64,000 bases of DNA from Candidatus Pacearchaeota archaeon. Its GTDB lineage: Archaea > Nanobdellota > Nanobdellia > Pacearchaeales > GW2011-AR1. The DNA lies in NCBI GenBank assembly GCA_018304025.1, contig JAGVXA010000001.1:2431-66430 (forward strand), in the 5' to 3' direction. Numbering within the stretch: the first letter of the stretch is position 1; each line of letters opens with the position of its first letter. The position numbers were made by a program, and so were the translations under genes. Shown piece by piece: positions 19,034 to 27,976 of this stretch. The notes beneath the pieces were generated by a model that saw only the letters and a list, made by a program, of their open reading frames with translations, searched no databases and was not told where the DNA came from.

Positions 19034-19572
19034 TTTGATATCGAAACTAGTGATTCTGTCGAGGATATTTTCAGCTGGATTGTTTTTTCTTGAGTGGATA
19101 AATCAGCTGCGGGCTTGCAGAAAAATTTATCTGGGTCTGGGGAACTCCCGTCTTCGGCAGATGCTTGCGCGTGCTGCAATTTTAGTCTCGATAAGCCTTC
19201 GCAAATTTCTTTGTCTTTTTTTGGGATTAGAAAAACGTAAGCGTCTTCTGAAGAACCGGATTTAGCTATAAGTTCGTTTTGAATTGAAATGTCTGGGGCG
19301 AATGTTGTTTGTTGGGAGAGAGTGCCGAAGCAGATTGTTTCAACTTCTTTTGGAAGTTTTACTACAAAAGTGTCTTCGTAGATTTCGTCTTTCCACGCCT
19401 GCGTGATTTCAGATTGAAAATCGTCGTAAAACATTCCGATTTGAGCGCAGTTGTTTAAGCTGAGAAAATGCGTAATTGCATAAACTGCTACTCCGATTAT
19501 TGCGATGATTATTAAGACTGAGAAGATTACTGAAAAAGACATTCCGAATATTTCCTGCCCCTTTTTTTTCAT
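19030..19572 (-). CDS. Class III signal peptide (pilin-like) protein
   Basis: MKKKG|QEIFGMSFSVIFSVLIII. Confidence 0.75.
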   Translation of the reverse strand: MKKKGQEIFGMSFSVIFSVLIIIAIIGVAVYAITHFLSLNNCAQIGMFYDDFQSEITQAWKDEIYEDTFVVKLPKEVETICFGTLSQQTTFAPDISIQNELIAKSGSSEDAYVFLIPKKDKEICEGLSRLKLQHAQASAEDGSSPDPDKFFCKPAADLSTQEKTIQLKISSTESLVSISK

Positions 19573-19702
19573 GGTTATTTGAAGATTGGGGAGGTTAAAA
19601 GAGTTTCTGTTATAGCCTGGAAAGAAGGAGTATAGAATATCAAGAAAATAGTTTGGAAGAAAGATAATTAATTATTGGAAAGAGATAGTTAGTGTGATAA
19701 TA

Positions 19703-19732
19703 TCGAGAAATTGCTCTTCGAGCAATTTCCGA
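19703..19732. repeat. 30-bp palindromic intergenic repeat, copy 1
   Basis: TCGAGAAATTGCTCTTCGAGCAATTTCCGA, identical at 24527-24556; 10-bp stem with TTC loop. Confidence 0.9.
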
Positions 19733-19792
19733 GAACTTGTAGTTGTTAACGAAGAACAAAAAGTTTTTATAGTTTTAGAAATTAAACAAATA

Positions 19793-20002
19793 ATGCTAAG
19801 AGGGAGAGAATTAATTAAATATCTTGTAAGATTTAGCAGAGATTATGGTGCTACTTTTGGACATAAACTAAATGGCGCAGAAGAAAACGTAAGAAATCTG
19901 ATAGAAAATAATCCTGATTTGCTGGAAAGATTGCAGGATAAAAGACGCGGTTTAGAGTATGTTGCGAGAGCAAGATGTTGCGCTGGCAGAATAAGTGAAT
20001 AA
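19793..20002 (+). CDS. Hypothetical protein
   Basis: ATG at 19793 downstream of a TATA-like TTTTTATA; the track start at 19694 runs through the palindromic repeat. Confidence 0.45.
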   Translation: MLRGRELIKYLVRFSRDYGATFGHKLNGAEENVRNLIENNPDLLERLQDKRRGLEYVARARCCAGRISE

Positions 20003-20275
20003 TTATTTTTCCAAGCCTTTCAAAGTTCCGGAAACCCTTAGAATTTTAATTTTCTCCGGCGAAAGCTCGAAAGCTGCGCGGACGTCTGCGAGGGATTTAG
20101 TTTCAATTGCCAAGACAATGTTTTTGCTTTCTGTTTTGACGAACTGCGGAGAGGATTTTGCCCAGCCGAGAATTCCAATATAATCGAGAATTGCTTTTTC
20201 TATTTCCTGCTTTGTTGACTGAATTAAAAGATATCTTCTTTTTGTTTTTGCGGAGGGTTTTATTCTGAGTTTCAT
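20003..20275 (-). CDS. rnp2: Rpp14/Pop5 family RNase P protein
   Basis: PSAKTKRRYLL, YIGILG, LRVSGTLKGL. Confidence 0.85.
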   Translation of the reverse strand: MKLRIKPSAKTKRRYLLIQSTKQEIEKAILDYIGILGWAKSSPQFVKTESKNIVLAIETKSLADVRAAFELSPEKIKILRVSGTLKGLEK

Positions 20276-21132
20276 TGCTGAGCTGCCTTGAATTTGATTG
20301 CGTTTATTGAGTCTTGTATTGCGTTGCTTTCTAAGGCGAAGCCGAGTGATTCTGCATCGCCGATTTTGAAATTGTTTATTCCTATTACTTCTCCGGTTGT
20401 GTCAATTAGCGGACCGCCGGAGTTTCCAGGATTTAAGGAGACGTCTGTCTGGATGTATTCTGGTTCATTGTTGGGACCTTCTCTATTTAATGCAGAGATA
20501 ATTCCTTCTGTTACTGTGAAGGACAATCCGAGAGGATTTCCGATTGCTATAACTTTTTTTCCGACCTGGAGCTCGTCTGAATCTGCAAATCCCAGATAAT
20601 TATAGTTTCCTTCTGTTTTTAGCAATGCGATGTCTCTCGAAGTGTCGGCGCCTACGAAATCTGCAGAAATTATATCTCTGCCGTATGTTACTATGTCGAT
20701 TTGTGATTCGTGCCCTTCGATAACGTGATAGTTTGTTACGATGTATCCGTCTTGACTTATTAAAAATCCAGAGCCCAAGGATCTGTCAGTTGATACTGTT
20801 ACAACTCCCTTTACAGCGTCTTCGACAATTGCGGAGAAGTCTTGGGATTCTGACTTCAGCAATTTAATTTCTTGATTAAATGATTTTTCCTGCTCTGCTA
20901 AAACTTTAGAAATTTCGTTGAAATTTTCCTGATAAACTGAGTCTTGTTCTGTTACTATGTTGTTTGTATATTCTTTAAGGGAGAGCCTTGTTTTTTCTAT
21001 GTCTGAATTTATTTTTAATTCCAGCCTTGAGATTTGAATTCCGACTATGACTATTGAAGTTATCTGGATTATAGCTAAAACTATAACTAAAGAGTAAAGC
21101 GCTATTCGGTGTTTTTTATGAACGTCTGGCAT
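20272..21132 (-). CDS. HtrA/DegP-like trypsin serine protease, membrane-anchored, no PDZ domain
   Basis: GSGF, TNYHV, DIALL, IGNPLG, QTDVSLNPGNSGGPL. Confidence 0.92.
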   Translation of the reverse strand: MPDVHKKHRIALYSLVIVLAIIQITSIVIVGIQISRLELKINSDIEKTRLSLKEYTNNIVTEQDSVYQENFNEISKVLAEQEKSFNQEIKLLKSESQDFSAIVEDAVKGVVTVSTDRSLGSGFLISQDGYIVTNYHVIEGHESQIDIVTYGRDIISADFVGADTSRDIALLKTEGNYNYLGFADSDELQVGKKVIAIGNPLGLSFTVTEGIISALNREGPNNEPEYIQTDVSLNPGNSGGPLIDTTGEVIGINNFKIGDAESLGFALESNAIQDSINAIKFKAAQQ

Positions 21133-21235
21133 TTTGTTATTTAGCTTTGAGGATATTTATATGTTATGAAAAAGAAATTAGTAAGAAACAGACTTAACTG
21201 AAAACCTATATAAACTCGATTTTCTTTTGAATAAT

Positions 21236-22573
21236 ATGAAGATACATACGATTGGGGGATATGACGAGGTTGGGAAAAACATGACTGCTTTGGAAATTGG
21301 CGAGGACGTTCTGCTTTTTGACGACGGATTATTCATGCCTGCGATTGTCGGCGTTGAGGAAAGGGAGAAAATTCCGACTGAGCAGGGAATGACTGGCTTG
21401 GGAGCTTTGCCTGATGTTGATTATTTGGTTAAAAAAGGATTGCAAAAAAAAGTCAGGGCGATTTTGGTTTCGCACGCGCATTTGGACCACATTGGCGCGA
21501 TTCCTTACAATTCTTACCGATACAACGCAAATATTTACGGCACGCCGTTCACGACAGAGGTTTTGAAGATTATCATGGAAGACAACGGACAGAGGATTAA
21601 CAATAGAATTATTCCGGTTAAATTAAATTCGTCGATTGTTGTCAAGGGAGAGAGCGGGAATTATAATGTTGAATTTGTCAGCATGACTCACTCAACTTTG
21701 CAGTGCTCGATGATTGTTGTTCAGACGCCAGAGGGTGTTGTGATGTATGCGAATGATTTCAAATTGGATAATTCTCCTGTTTTAGGCGAGAGACCGGATT
21801 ACAGAAAATTTAGAGAACTCTCAAAGAAGGGAGTTAAAGTGCTGATTGTTGACTGCTTGTATGCCCCGCAAGACATGAAAACTCCTTCGGAAAAAATTGC
21901 AAAGGTTTTGCTGGAAGATGTTTTATTTGGAACTGAGAATAGAAATTCAGCTATTATTATCACGACGTTTTCTTCGCATATTGCCCGCTTGAAAACAATC
22001 TCTGAATTTGGAAAAAAATTAGGGAGAGAAGTTATATTTTTAGGAAGAAGCTTGAGTAAATACGTGACTGCTGCGCGAAATATTGGACAGGCAGGTTTTA
22101 TGAAAAATGTTCGGATGTATTCTTACAGAAGACAAGTTGAGAAAGCGATGAAAATGGTTAATAAAAATAGAGCAAGATATCTTGTTGTTTGCACAGGGCA
22201 TCAGGGAGAGCCCGGCGCGATTTTAGACAGGCTTGCCAGAGATGAATTGCCTTTGAAATTAAAAAAAGAAGACCACATCATATTTTCCTCTAGAACAATT
22301 CCGACTCCGATTAATGAATTAGCGCGGGAACAATTAGAAAAGAGATTGAAAAAACATAATGTGAGAATTTTTGACAATGTGCATACGTCTGGGCATGGCG
22401 GGCGGGAAGATTTGAGGGATTTTTTGAATTTGATAAAGCCGAAGCACGTTATTCCGTCGCACGGAGATTTGAAAAAAACAACTGCGGGAGTTACCTTGGC
22501 GGAAGAAATGGGATATGTTAGAGGAAAGAATGTTCATTTGATGGGGGATTTGAAATCTTTGGAAGTGAAATAA
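21236..22573 (+). CDS. rnj: Ribonuclease J (MBL/beta-CASP)
   Basis: GGYDEVGKNMT, SHAHLDHIG, TFSSHIAR, TGHQGEP, HTSGH, PSHG. Confidence 0.93.
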   Translation: MKIHTIGGYDEVGKNMTALEIGEDVLLFDDGLFMPAIVGVEEREKIPTEQGMTGLGALPDVDYLVKKGLQKKVRAILVSHAHLDHIGAIPYNSYRYNANIYGTPFTTEVLKIIMEDNGQRINNRIIPVKLNSSIVVKGESGNYNVEFVSMTHSTLQCSMIVVQTPEGVVMYANDFKLDNSPVLGERPDYRKFRELSKKGVKVLIVDCLYAPQDMKTPSEKIAKVLLEDVLFGTENRNSAIIITTFSSHIARLKTISEFGKKLGREVIFLGRSLSKYVTAARNIGQAGFMKNVRMYSYRRQVEKAMKMVNKNRARYLVVCTGHQGEPGAILDRLARDELPLKLKKEDHIIFSSRTIPTPINELAREQLEKRLKKHNVRIFDNVHTSGHGGREDLRDFLNLIKPKHVIPSHGDLKKTTAGVTLAEEMGYVRGKNVHLMGDLKSLEVK

Positions 22574-22929
22574 TGGGCGACGAAATTTATTACGGGCTAA
22601 AGAATGCTTTGGAAAGAGGACAATCGCTGAACGCGGCTGTTCAGAGTTTTATTAACGCAGGTTATAATCCTGTTGAAGTAAGGGAAGCTGAAAAAATGAT
22701 TTCTTCTGACGGAGGAGTCAGCTCTATCACTGGAGAGGCGAATGACTTGAATGCTCCAGTTTCTAATGAAAATTTTGAAGAGCAAAAAGCCCAGCCCTTG
22801 CCTAAATCTGGTTTTCAACCTAAAAGTTCTGGAAGCTGGAAAAAAGTTTTGCTGATTATTTTGATTATTGTTTTAATTTTGATTATTTTAGGGACTAGTG
22901 GTTTTTTGGTTTATAATTTGCTGCCATGA
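22573..22929 (+). CDS. Hypothetical protein with C-terminal TM
   Basis: N-terminal GLKNALERGQSL...NAGY helical domain, linker, TM. Confidence 0.75.
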   Translation: MGDEIYYGLKNALERGQSLNAAVQSFINAGYNPVEVREAEKMISSDGGVSSITGEANDLNAPVSNENFEEQKAQPLPKSGFQPKSSGSWKKVLLIILIIVLILIILGTSGFLVYNLLP

Positions 22930-23456
22930 TTTATCAACCTTCGGAAGATTCTTTTTTGTTGGCTACTGAGGTAAAGAAAAAATCTAATGGAAAGAAAGTT
23001 TTGGATGTTGGTTCGGGGAGCGGGATTTTAGCTGAAAGCGCTTTGTCTGGCGGGGCTTCTGAAGTTTTATGCAGTGATATTGACGCTGAGGTTGTTGGTT
23101 ATTTGAGGCGAAAGGGTTTAAACGCGATTAAATCAGATTTGTTTTCTGATATTTCCGGGAAATATGATTTGATTGTTTTTAATCCGCCTTATCTTCCTCT
23201 GGATGAACGGGAGGATAGAAAAAGTGCGAAGATTACGACGGGGGGCGTTAGAGGAGATGAGATAATAATTAAGTTTTTACGAGATGCGGACAATTATCTT
23301 GAAGAAGGCGGAATAATATTATTACTAATCTCTTCGTTGACGCCTGTTGATAGAATTAATAAAATTATTCAGAAGAAGAAGTTTGTTAAGCGGAAAGTTT
23401 CGGAGAAAAAAATGTTTATGGAGAAGCTGGAAGTTTGGGAGATTCGGAAGAATTAA
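22926..23456 (+). CDS. prmC: HemK2/Mtq2 (archaeal PrmC) methyltransferase
   Basis: IYQPSEDSFLL, VLDVGSGSG, FNPPY. Confidence 0.85.
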   Translation: MIYQPSEDSFLLATEVKKKSNGKKVLDVGSGSGILAESALSGGASEVLCSDIDAEVVGYLRRKGLNAIKSDLFSDISGKYDLIVFNPPYLPLDEREDRKSAKITTGGVRGDEIIIKFLRDADNYLEEGGIILLLISSLTPVDRINKIIQKKKFVKRKVSEKKMFMEKLEVWEIRKN

Positions 23457-23480
23457 ATATCCTGGGAAAATAAAAAATTA

Positions 23481-23666
23481 ATGAAATGCCCGAAATGTGA
23501 CGAGGAATTAACTGTTAAAGTTGGAAGCAAAGTGCATTGCGAGAAGTGCAGTGTTCTCAGCGACATGACATCTGTGGCAACTGTAAGATGCGAGAAATGC
23601 GGACATATTTTTCAGATAGCTGTTCAGAGCAAAAATATTTTTAGTGTTAAGAAAGATAAAATTTAA
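23481..23666 (+). CDS. Small zinc-ribbon protein (three CxxC)
   Basis: CPKC, CEKC, CEKC in 61 aa. Confidence 0.75.
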   Translation: MKCPKCDEELTVKVGSKVHCEKCSVLSDMTSVATVRCEKCGHIFQIAVQSKNIFSVKKDKI

Positions 23667-23690
23667 AAGTCTTCTTTTTATGGTTTTTAT

Positions 23691-24083
23691 ATGAACGAAG
23701 AAATATTGCAGAGAGCAGTTATGTTGCAGCAGCAGTCGCAGGAGACAGAGAGACAGCTGGCTTTTGTAGACGAGCAGATTCGCGAGCTGGAAGAATTTGG
23801 GAAGAATCTTGATTTTGCAGACGCGAGCGAGGAGAAAGAAATTTTGGCTTCTTTGGGAAAAGGAGTTTTTATCAAAAGCGAGATTAAAGACAAAAAATTA
23901 TTTGTCGACGTGGGCGCGGGAGTTCTTGTCAGGAAAACAGCTTCAGAGACTAAGAAAGTTATTGACGGGCAGCTGAAAAGATTTACGGAAGCGAGAATTC
24001 ATATTACTGGGCAATTGGAAATGTTCAGAGAAGAATTGGGAAAGATGATTGGGGAAATTGAAAAATTGAGGAATAAAAATTAA
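23691..24083 (+). CDS. pfdA: Prefoldin alpha subunit
   Basis: EILASLGKGVFI...LFVDVGAGVLVRK double hairpin between coiled coils. Confidence 0.92.
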   Translation: MNEEILQRAVMLQQQSQETERQLAFVDEQIRELEEFGKNLDFADASEEKEILASLGKGVFIKSEIKDKKLFVDVGAGVLVRKTASETKKVIDGQLKRFTEARIHITGQLEMFREELGKMIGEIEKLRNKN

Positions 24084-24412
24084 GCCCTGTAAGCCAAAGT
24101 TTTAGAATTGCTAGCTAAATTTTTCTGGTAATGCGTTCTTGCTCTTTCTAAATTTCTTAGTAGTTTAGCTGGAAGCGGCTGTTCCTGCATGCCTTCCGTA
24201 TTCTCATAGCCTCTGCCTGCTTCTTCCGAGCCAGCCGCAACACCGTCGAAAGAATCATCAGCTAAATGCAAAAGACCAGAGCCTTCATCTAATCTTGCTC
24301 CTTCTGATCTTTCCTCTTCGGAGCTTGGTGAATCTTCTTCTGCAAAGAAATCCTCGGGCAGTGTTAAAAGCCGAGAGCCTTCAGTTAGTTTTTCGCCCAT
24401 TATACGTATCAT
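24080..24412 (-). CDS. Hypothetical acidic, probably disordered protein
   Basis: 110-aa ORF filling the gap; E/D/S rich. Confidence 0.5.
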   Translation of the reverse strand: MIRIMGEKLTEGSRLLTLPEDFFAEEDSPSSEEERSEGARLDEGSGLLHLADDSFDGVAAGSEEAGRGYENTEGMQEQPLPAKLLRNLERARTHYQKNLASNSKTLAYRA

Positions 24413-24526
24413 CTTGATTGATACGGAAAGATGATTTTATTGGTTTATAAATTTTTCTTTGGCTTTGGATTTTGGATAATATCGAGAAATTTTTTATTAT
24501 TGGGGAAAATCGTTATCTGGATAGAG

Positions 24527-24556
24527 TCGAGAAATTGCTCTTCGAGCAATTTCCGA
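24527..24556. repeat. 30-bp palindromic intergenic repeat, copy 2
   Basis: Identical to 19703-19732; a partial copy GATAATATCGAGAAATT at 24475-24491 matches 19696-19712. Confidence 0.9.
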
Positions 24557-24652
24557 AAATTTTAATAATTGATTGAATTGATTAAACTAATATCGAATTA
24601 GATTAATTAGATTAAAAATAATTGATATGAAAATTTCCGTAATTTTGAATAT

Positions 24653-25864
24653 CTATTCGTATCTCAGCGCCTCGACAGGACGAATTTTTGTTGCTTTCCA
24701 AGCTGGCCACAAACCTGAAACTGCTCCGGCGAGAAACGCGAACGCCAAACAACCTGCGATTAAATAAAGCGGCGTGGAGACTGTGAGAAATCCTGTGCCT
24801 AATTGCGTTAACGCGACATACTCAACAATTTGTCCTGCTGCTATTCCCAAGCCTATTCCCAATAATCCTCCGACGATTCCCAGTAATCCTGCTTCAATCA
24901 AGAATATTGTCAAAATATCCTTGTTCTGCGCGCCGATTGCTTTCATCACTCCGATTTCTCTTGTTCTCTCTAATACAGACGCGAACATTGTATTCGCAAT
25001 ATTGATTCCGCCGACGAGAAGCGAGATTAAAGAGATTCCTAACAAAAAGTAAGTTAGAATATCAAGAATCATACTGAAACTTTCCAAAAGTTCTTCTGGG
25101 GTGATGATTGTAAAGTCCTGCGTTTTTTCTGTCAAGCCCCGCGATTTCAAAAGCTGGCGTTCTGTTCTTTCTGCGATATTGTTTATTTCGCCTGCGTTTT
25201 CAATTTGGACAATTATAAAATCTATTCTGTCAGGAATTTTGAAAAGTTCCCGGAATTCCGGCTCAGGCATTGTAATCATTCTGTCGTCGGGAGCGCTGCC
25301 GATTGTTTTCATGATTCCCTGAACTTCAAAATCTGCTCCATTAATTGTGATTTTGTCTCCAACTTTTACAGGGGTTCCTAAAAAGTTATTATGTTTGTAT
25401 TGAGAGCCGATGATTATGTCATTTGTGTCTCCTTTTTTTAACAAACGCCCTTCCTCCAAATCTACGCCGTATAAATCAAAATACAGTTCGGTTGTTTCGA
25501 TTTCTGTTGACGCGACCATTACAAATCTTGTTTCGTCTTTGAATTCGATTTTTGCGTTTCCGATTGTGTAATAGGTTACTTCTTTTACTCCAGGGATTTT
25601 TTTTATTGCGTCTATATCTTTTATTGTTAATTGAATGGCGCCTGCGGTTCCCGGCGGACCTAATTGCCCTCTTGGTTGAACGAAAAATTTGTCTCCGCCG
25701 AGTTTTTCAAATTCGTTGTTTATTGATACGTTTAATCCTAAAGAAAGTGAAATTAAAGTGAAAATTGTTGCTATTGAAATAACTATTCCGATTAAAGTCA
25801 GGAATGTTCTAAGACGGCGTTTTGCGATACTTCGGATTGCCATTGAGAAAAAATCTTGAATCAT
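24653..25864 (-). CDS. ABC transporter permease, MacB/FtsX family
   Basis: RTFLTLIGIVI, SVLERTREIGVMKAIGA, PVEALRYE; ATG at 25864. Confidence 0.93.
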   Translation of the reverse strand: MIQDFFSMAIRSIAKRRLRTFLTLIGIVISIATIFTLISLSLGLNVSINNEFEKLGGDKFFVQPRGQLGPPGTAGAIQLTIKDIDAIKKIPGVKEVTYYTIGNAKIEFKDETRFVMVASTEIETTELYFDLYGVDLEEGRLLKKGDTNDIIIGSQYKHNNFLGTPVKVGDKITINGADFEVQGIMKTIGSAPDDRMITMPEPEFRELFKIPDRIDFIIVQIENAGEINNIAERTERQLLKSRGLTEKTQDFTIITPEELLESFSMILDILTYFLLGISLISLLVGGINIANTMFASVLERTREIGVMKAIGAQNKDILTIFLIEAGLLGIVGGLLGIGLGIAAGQIVEYVALTQLGTGFLTVSTPLYLIAGCLAFAFLAGAVSGLWPAWKATKIRPVEALRYE

Positions 25865-26421
25865 TGTTTTGCTCCCTGAGATTTGCACATCTCGATTTCA
25901 ACTTCGTCGGGGAAATAGACAATTTGTGAATAATCATTTAAATTATTCCATCCTATTGATTGAGGGAAACAAGAGGGAATGTGTTCTCTTTGAATGAGCT
26001 GAGCGATATCATCTACTACGACAGCGATTGCCCTCTCGTCAGAAACAAAAGGCATTTTCTTTTTTTGATATGGGTGCAATATTACTGTCGTGTTATAATT
26101 TTTTCGCTGCATTTGTTTTTCTTCTTCTGTTCCAAAGCAACACAGACTATACACCTGATTAGAAACTTGCAGTCTAACTGTTCCTGGAATGTAATCAAAG
26201 TTATATTTTGTTTTATTATCTGATCCAGATAGTTCATACTTTCTTGAGCTGTTTAGATATTCTATTAATCCTGAAAAATCTGTTCTCAAAAAAATTGGGA
26301 AATTGTCGTAAACACCAAAGTCTGCTGTTAATCTGTGAACTTTTTGTTCGCAGCTGTCTTGTGTTCTAACTTCTTCGTCCGGGCAATTTTTTAGTGCATC
26401 TAAATAATTTTGGAGTTTCAT
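25861..26421 (-). CDS. Hypothetical protein inserted between the permeases
   Basis: 186 aa; ATGA overlaps on both sides. Confidence 0.7.
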   Translation of the reverse strand: MKLQNYLDALKNCPDEEVRTQDSCEQKVHRLTADFGVYDNFPIFLRTDFSGLIEYLNSSRKYELSGSDNKTKYNFDYIPGTVRLQVSNQVYSLCCFGTEEEKQMQRKNYNTTVILHPYQKKKMPFVSDERAIAVVVDDIAQLIQREHIPSCFPQSIGWNNLNDYSQIVYFPDEVEIEMCKSQGAKQ

Positions 26422-27635
26422 TTTCGCAGCGCCTCGACGGGATTTAATTTAGATGCCTGATAAGCTGGGACAAGTCCTGAGAGAATTCCTATCACTAAAG
26501 AGAACAAAATTGCTCCGATAAGCAACGGTATCGACGGCGAGACTTTGAAAATTGTTTCGCCCAGAGCTGAGTTAGCTGCGCCCGCCACGCCTAATGCCAT
26601 TGAAAGTCCGATTGCTGCGCCGACTAAACCGCCGACTAATCCTAGCAAAGCAGATTCAATTAAAAAAATTGTCAGGATGTCTTTGTTCTGCGCGCCGATT
26701 GCTTTCATCACTCCGATTTCTCTTGTTCTTTCTAACACGGATGTGAACATTGTGTTTGTGATTCCGATTCCGCCGACGAGAAGCGCTATCGCAGCGATTC
26801 CTGTTACGACGATATTAATCACTGTCAAAATTGTTCTTATTGAAGAAAGCGCCTGGAGCGGCGTCTGAACAGAAAAATCTTCCTCTCCTTCTTTTTGATT
26901 TCTGTCTTTTCTTAATTTTCTTTCTATGTCCTGAGCTACTTGCTCTATCTTGTCTGCGTCCTGGACTTTTATCGCGATTATATCTATTTCATCTCCGATA
27001 CTCATAAGAGATCTCATATCGTCTTCCTGCATCAAGATTACAGAATTCAAAACAAATGTACTTGTTTTTTTCAAAATTCCTACGACTTCGTAATTTTTTC
27101 CAAGGATTTCGAGATTTGAGCCAAGCTGTATTTCTTTATCAAATGAATCTTGGCTTACAAAATCGTCGCCTATGACTATTTTTCCTTTTTCGTCGGGTTT
27201 TAACATTCTGCCTTGGGCGATTTCTAAACCTGCTGAATTAAATATTTCATCAATTTGCTCCTTGTTTTCAGGCATTGAACCCAGATACCTGAACTGAGTA
27301 ATTTCATTGTAGTCAACTTTTGTTATTCTCACCAGCCTGGGGATTGCAAGTTTTACGCCGGGAACTTGCTCGACTAATTCTAAGTCGTGGTCTGTTAATT
27401 TTCTTACAGCTGTTGCGCCCGGCGGGCCGAATCCTGTTTCTGCGCTTGACAACGTTAAAGTATCTGTTGAGAGAGAACCGAATTGTCCTGTGATTGCTGT
27501 TTCCAATCCTTGTCCCAGAGAGATTAAAGAAACGACTGCTGCTATACCGATGAAAATTCCTAACATTGTAAGCCAGGAACGGATGCCTCGCTTACGGACG
27601 TTTTTTAGTGCGAGGAGAAAGTAGTCGGAGAGCAT
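26418..27635 (-). CDS. ABC transporter permease, MacB/FtsX family
   Basis: RSWLTMLGIFIGIAAVV, SVLERTREIGVMKAIGA, NPVEALR. Confidence 0.93.
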   Translation of the reverse strand: MLSDYFLLALKNVRKRGIRSWLTMLGIFIGIAAVVSLISLGQGLETAITGQFGSLSTDTLTLSSAETGFGPPGATAVRKLTDHDLELVEQVPGVKLAIPRLVRITKVDYNEITQFRYLGSMPENKEQIDEIFNSAGLEIAQGRMLKPDEKGKIVIGDDFVSQDSFDKEIQLGSNLEILGKNYEVVGILKKTSTFVLNSVILMQEDDMRSLMSIGDEIDIIAIKVQDADKIEQVAQDIERKLRKDRNQKEGEEDFSVQTPLQALSSIRTILTVINIVVTGIAAIALLVGGIGITNTMFTSVLERTREIGVMKAIGAQNKDILTIFLIESALLGLVGGLVGAAIGLSMALGVAGAANSALGETIFKVSPSIPLLIGAILFSLVIGILSGLVPAYQASKLNPVEALRK

Positions 27636-27639
27636 GGGA

Positions 27640-27975
27640 TTATCTCCCTTGTTTTTCTTCAGTTGATTGCGAAGATTGAGTTTCTGTTTTTTCTAATACT
27701 TTTTGAAGACCGTCGACAAGGGCGCGAATCATTGGAACCGTGACTTTATTTATTGGAAGAGCTATTCTTCCCCCGCCATTTTCTGCTTTTCCGTCAATAT
27801 ACACGACGCCAAGCATTTCAAACAAATTATCGCTAACTGAAAAAGCATTCAATTGGTACCTTCCTTTTACTGGAACATATCTCAGCAAATCTTCTCCAAC
27901 GTCTAGCTGACCATTGCAAAGAACTCTGTCTCGAGATTTATCCGTTTCTCTAACTAATAAATAATCTTGAGACAT
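27640..27975 (-). CDS. Hypothetical protein
   Basis: 111-aa ORF tightly packed in the operon. Confidence 0.65.
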   Translation of the reverse strand: MSQDYLLVRETDKSRDRVLCNGQLDVGEDLLRYVPVKGRYQLNAFSVSDNLFEMLGVVYIDGKAENGGGRIALPINKVTVPMIRALVDGLQKVLEKTETQSSQSTEEKQGR

Positions 27976-27976
27976 T

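Noticed and set aside
19703..24556. 30-bp palindromic repeat as a CRISPR repeat
   Set aside because: Two copies 4.8 kb apart with no spacers and no cas genes
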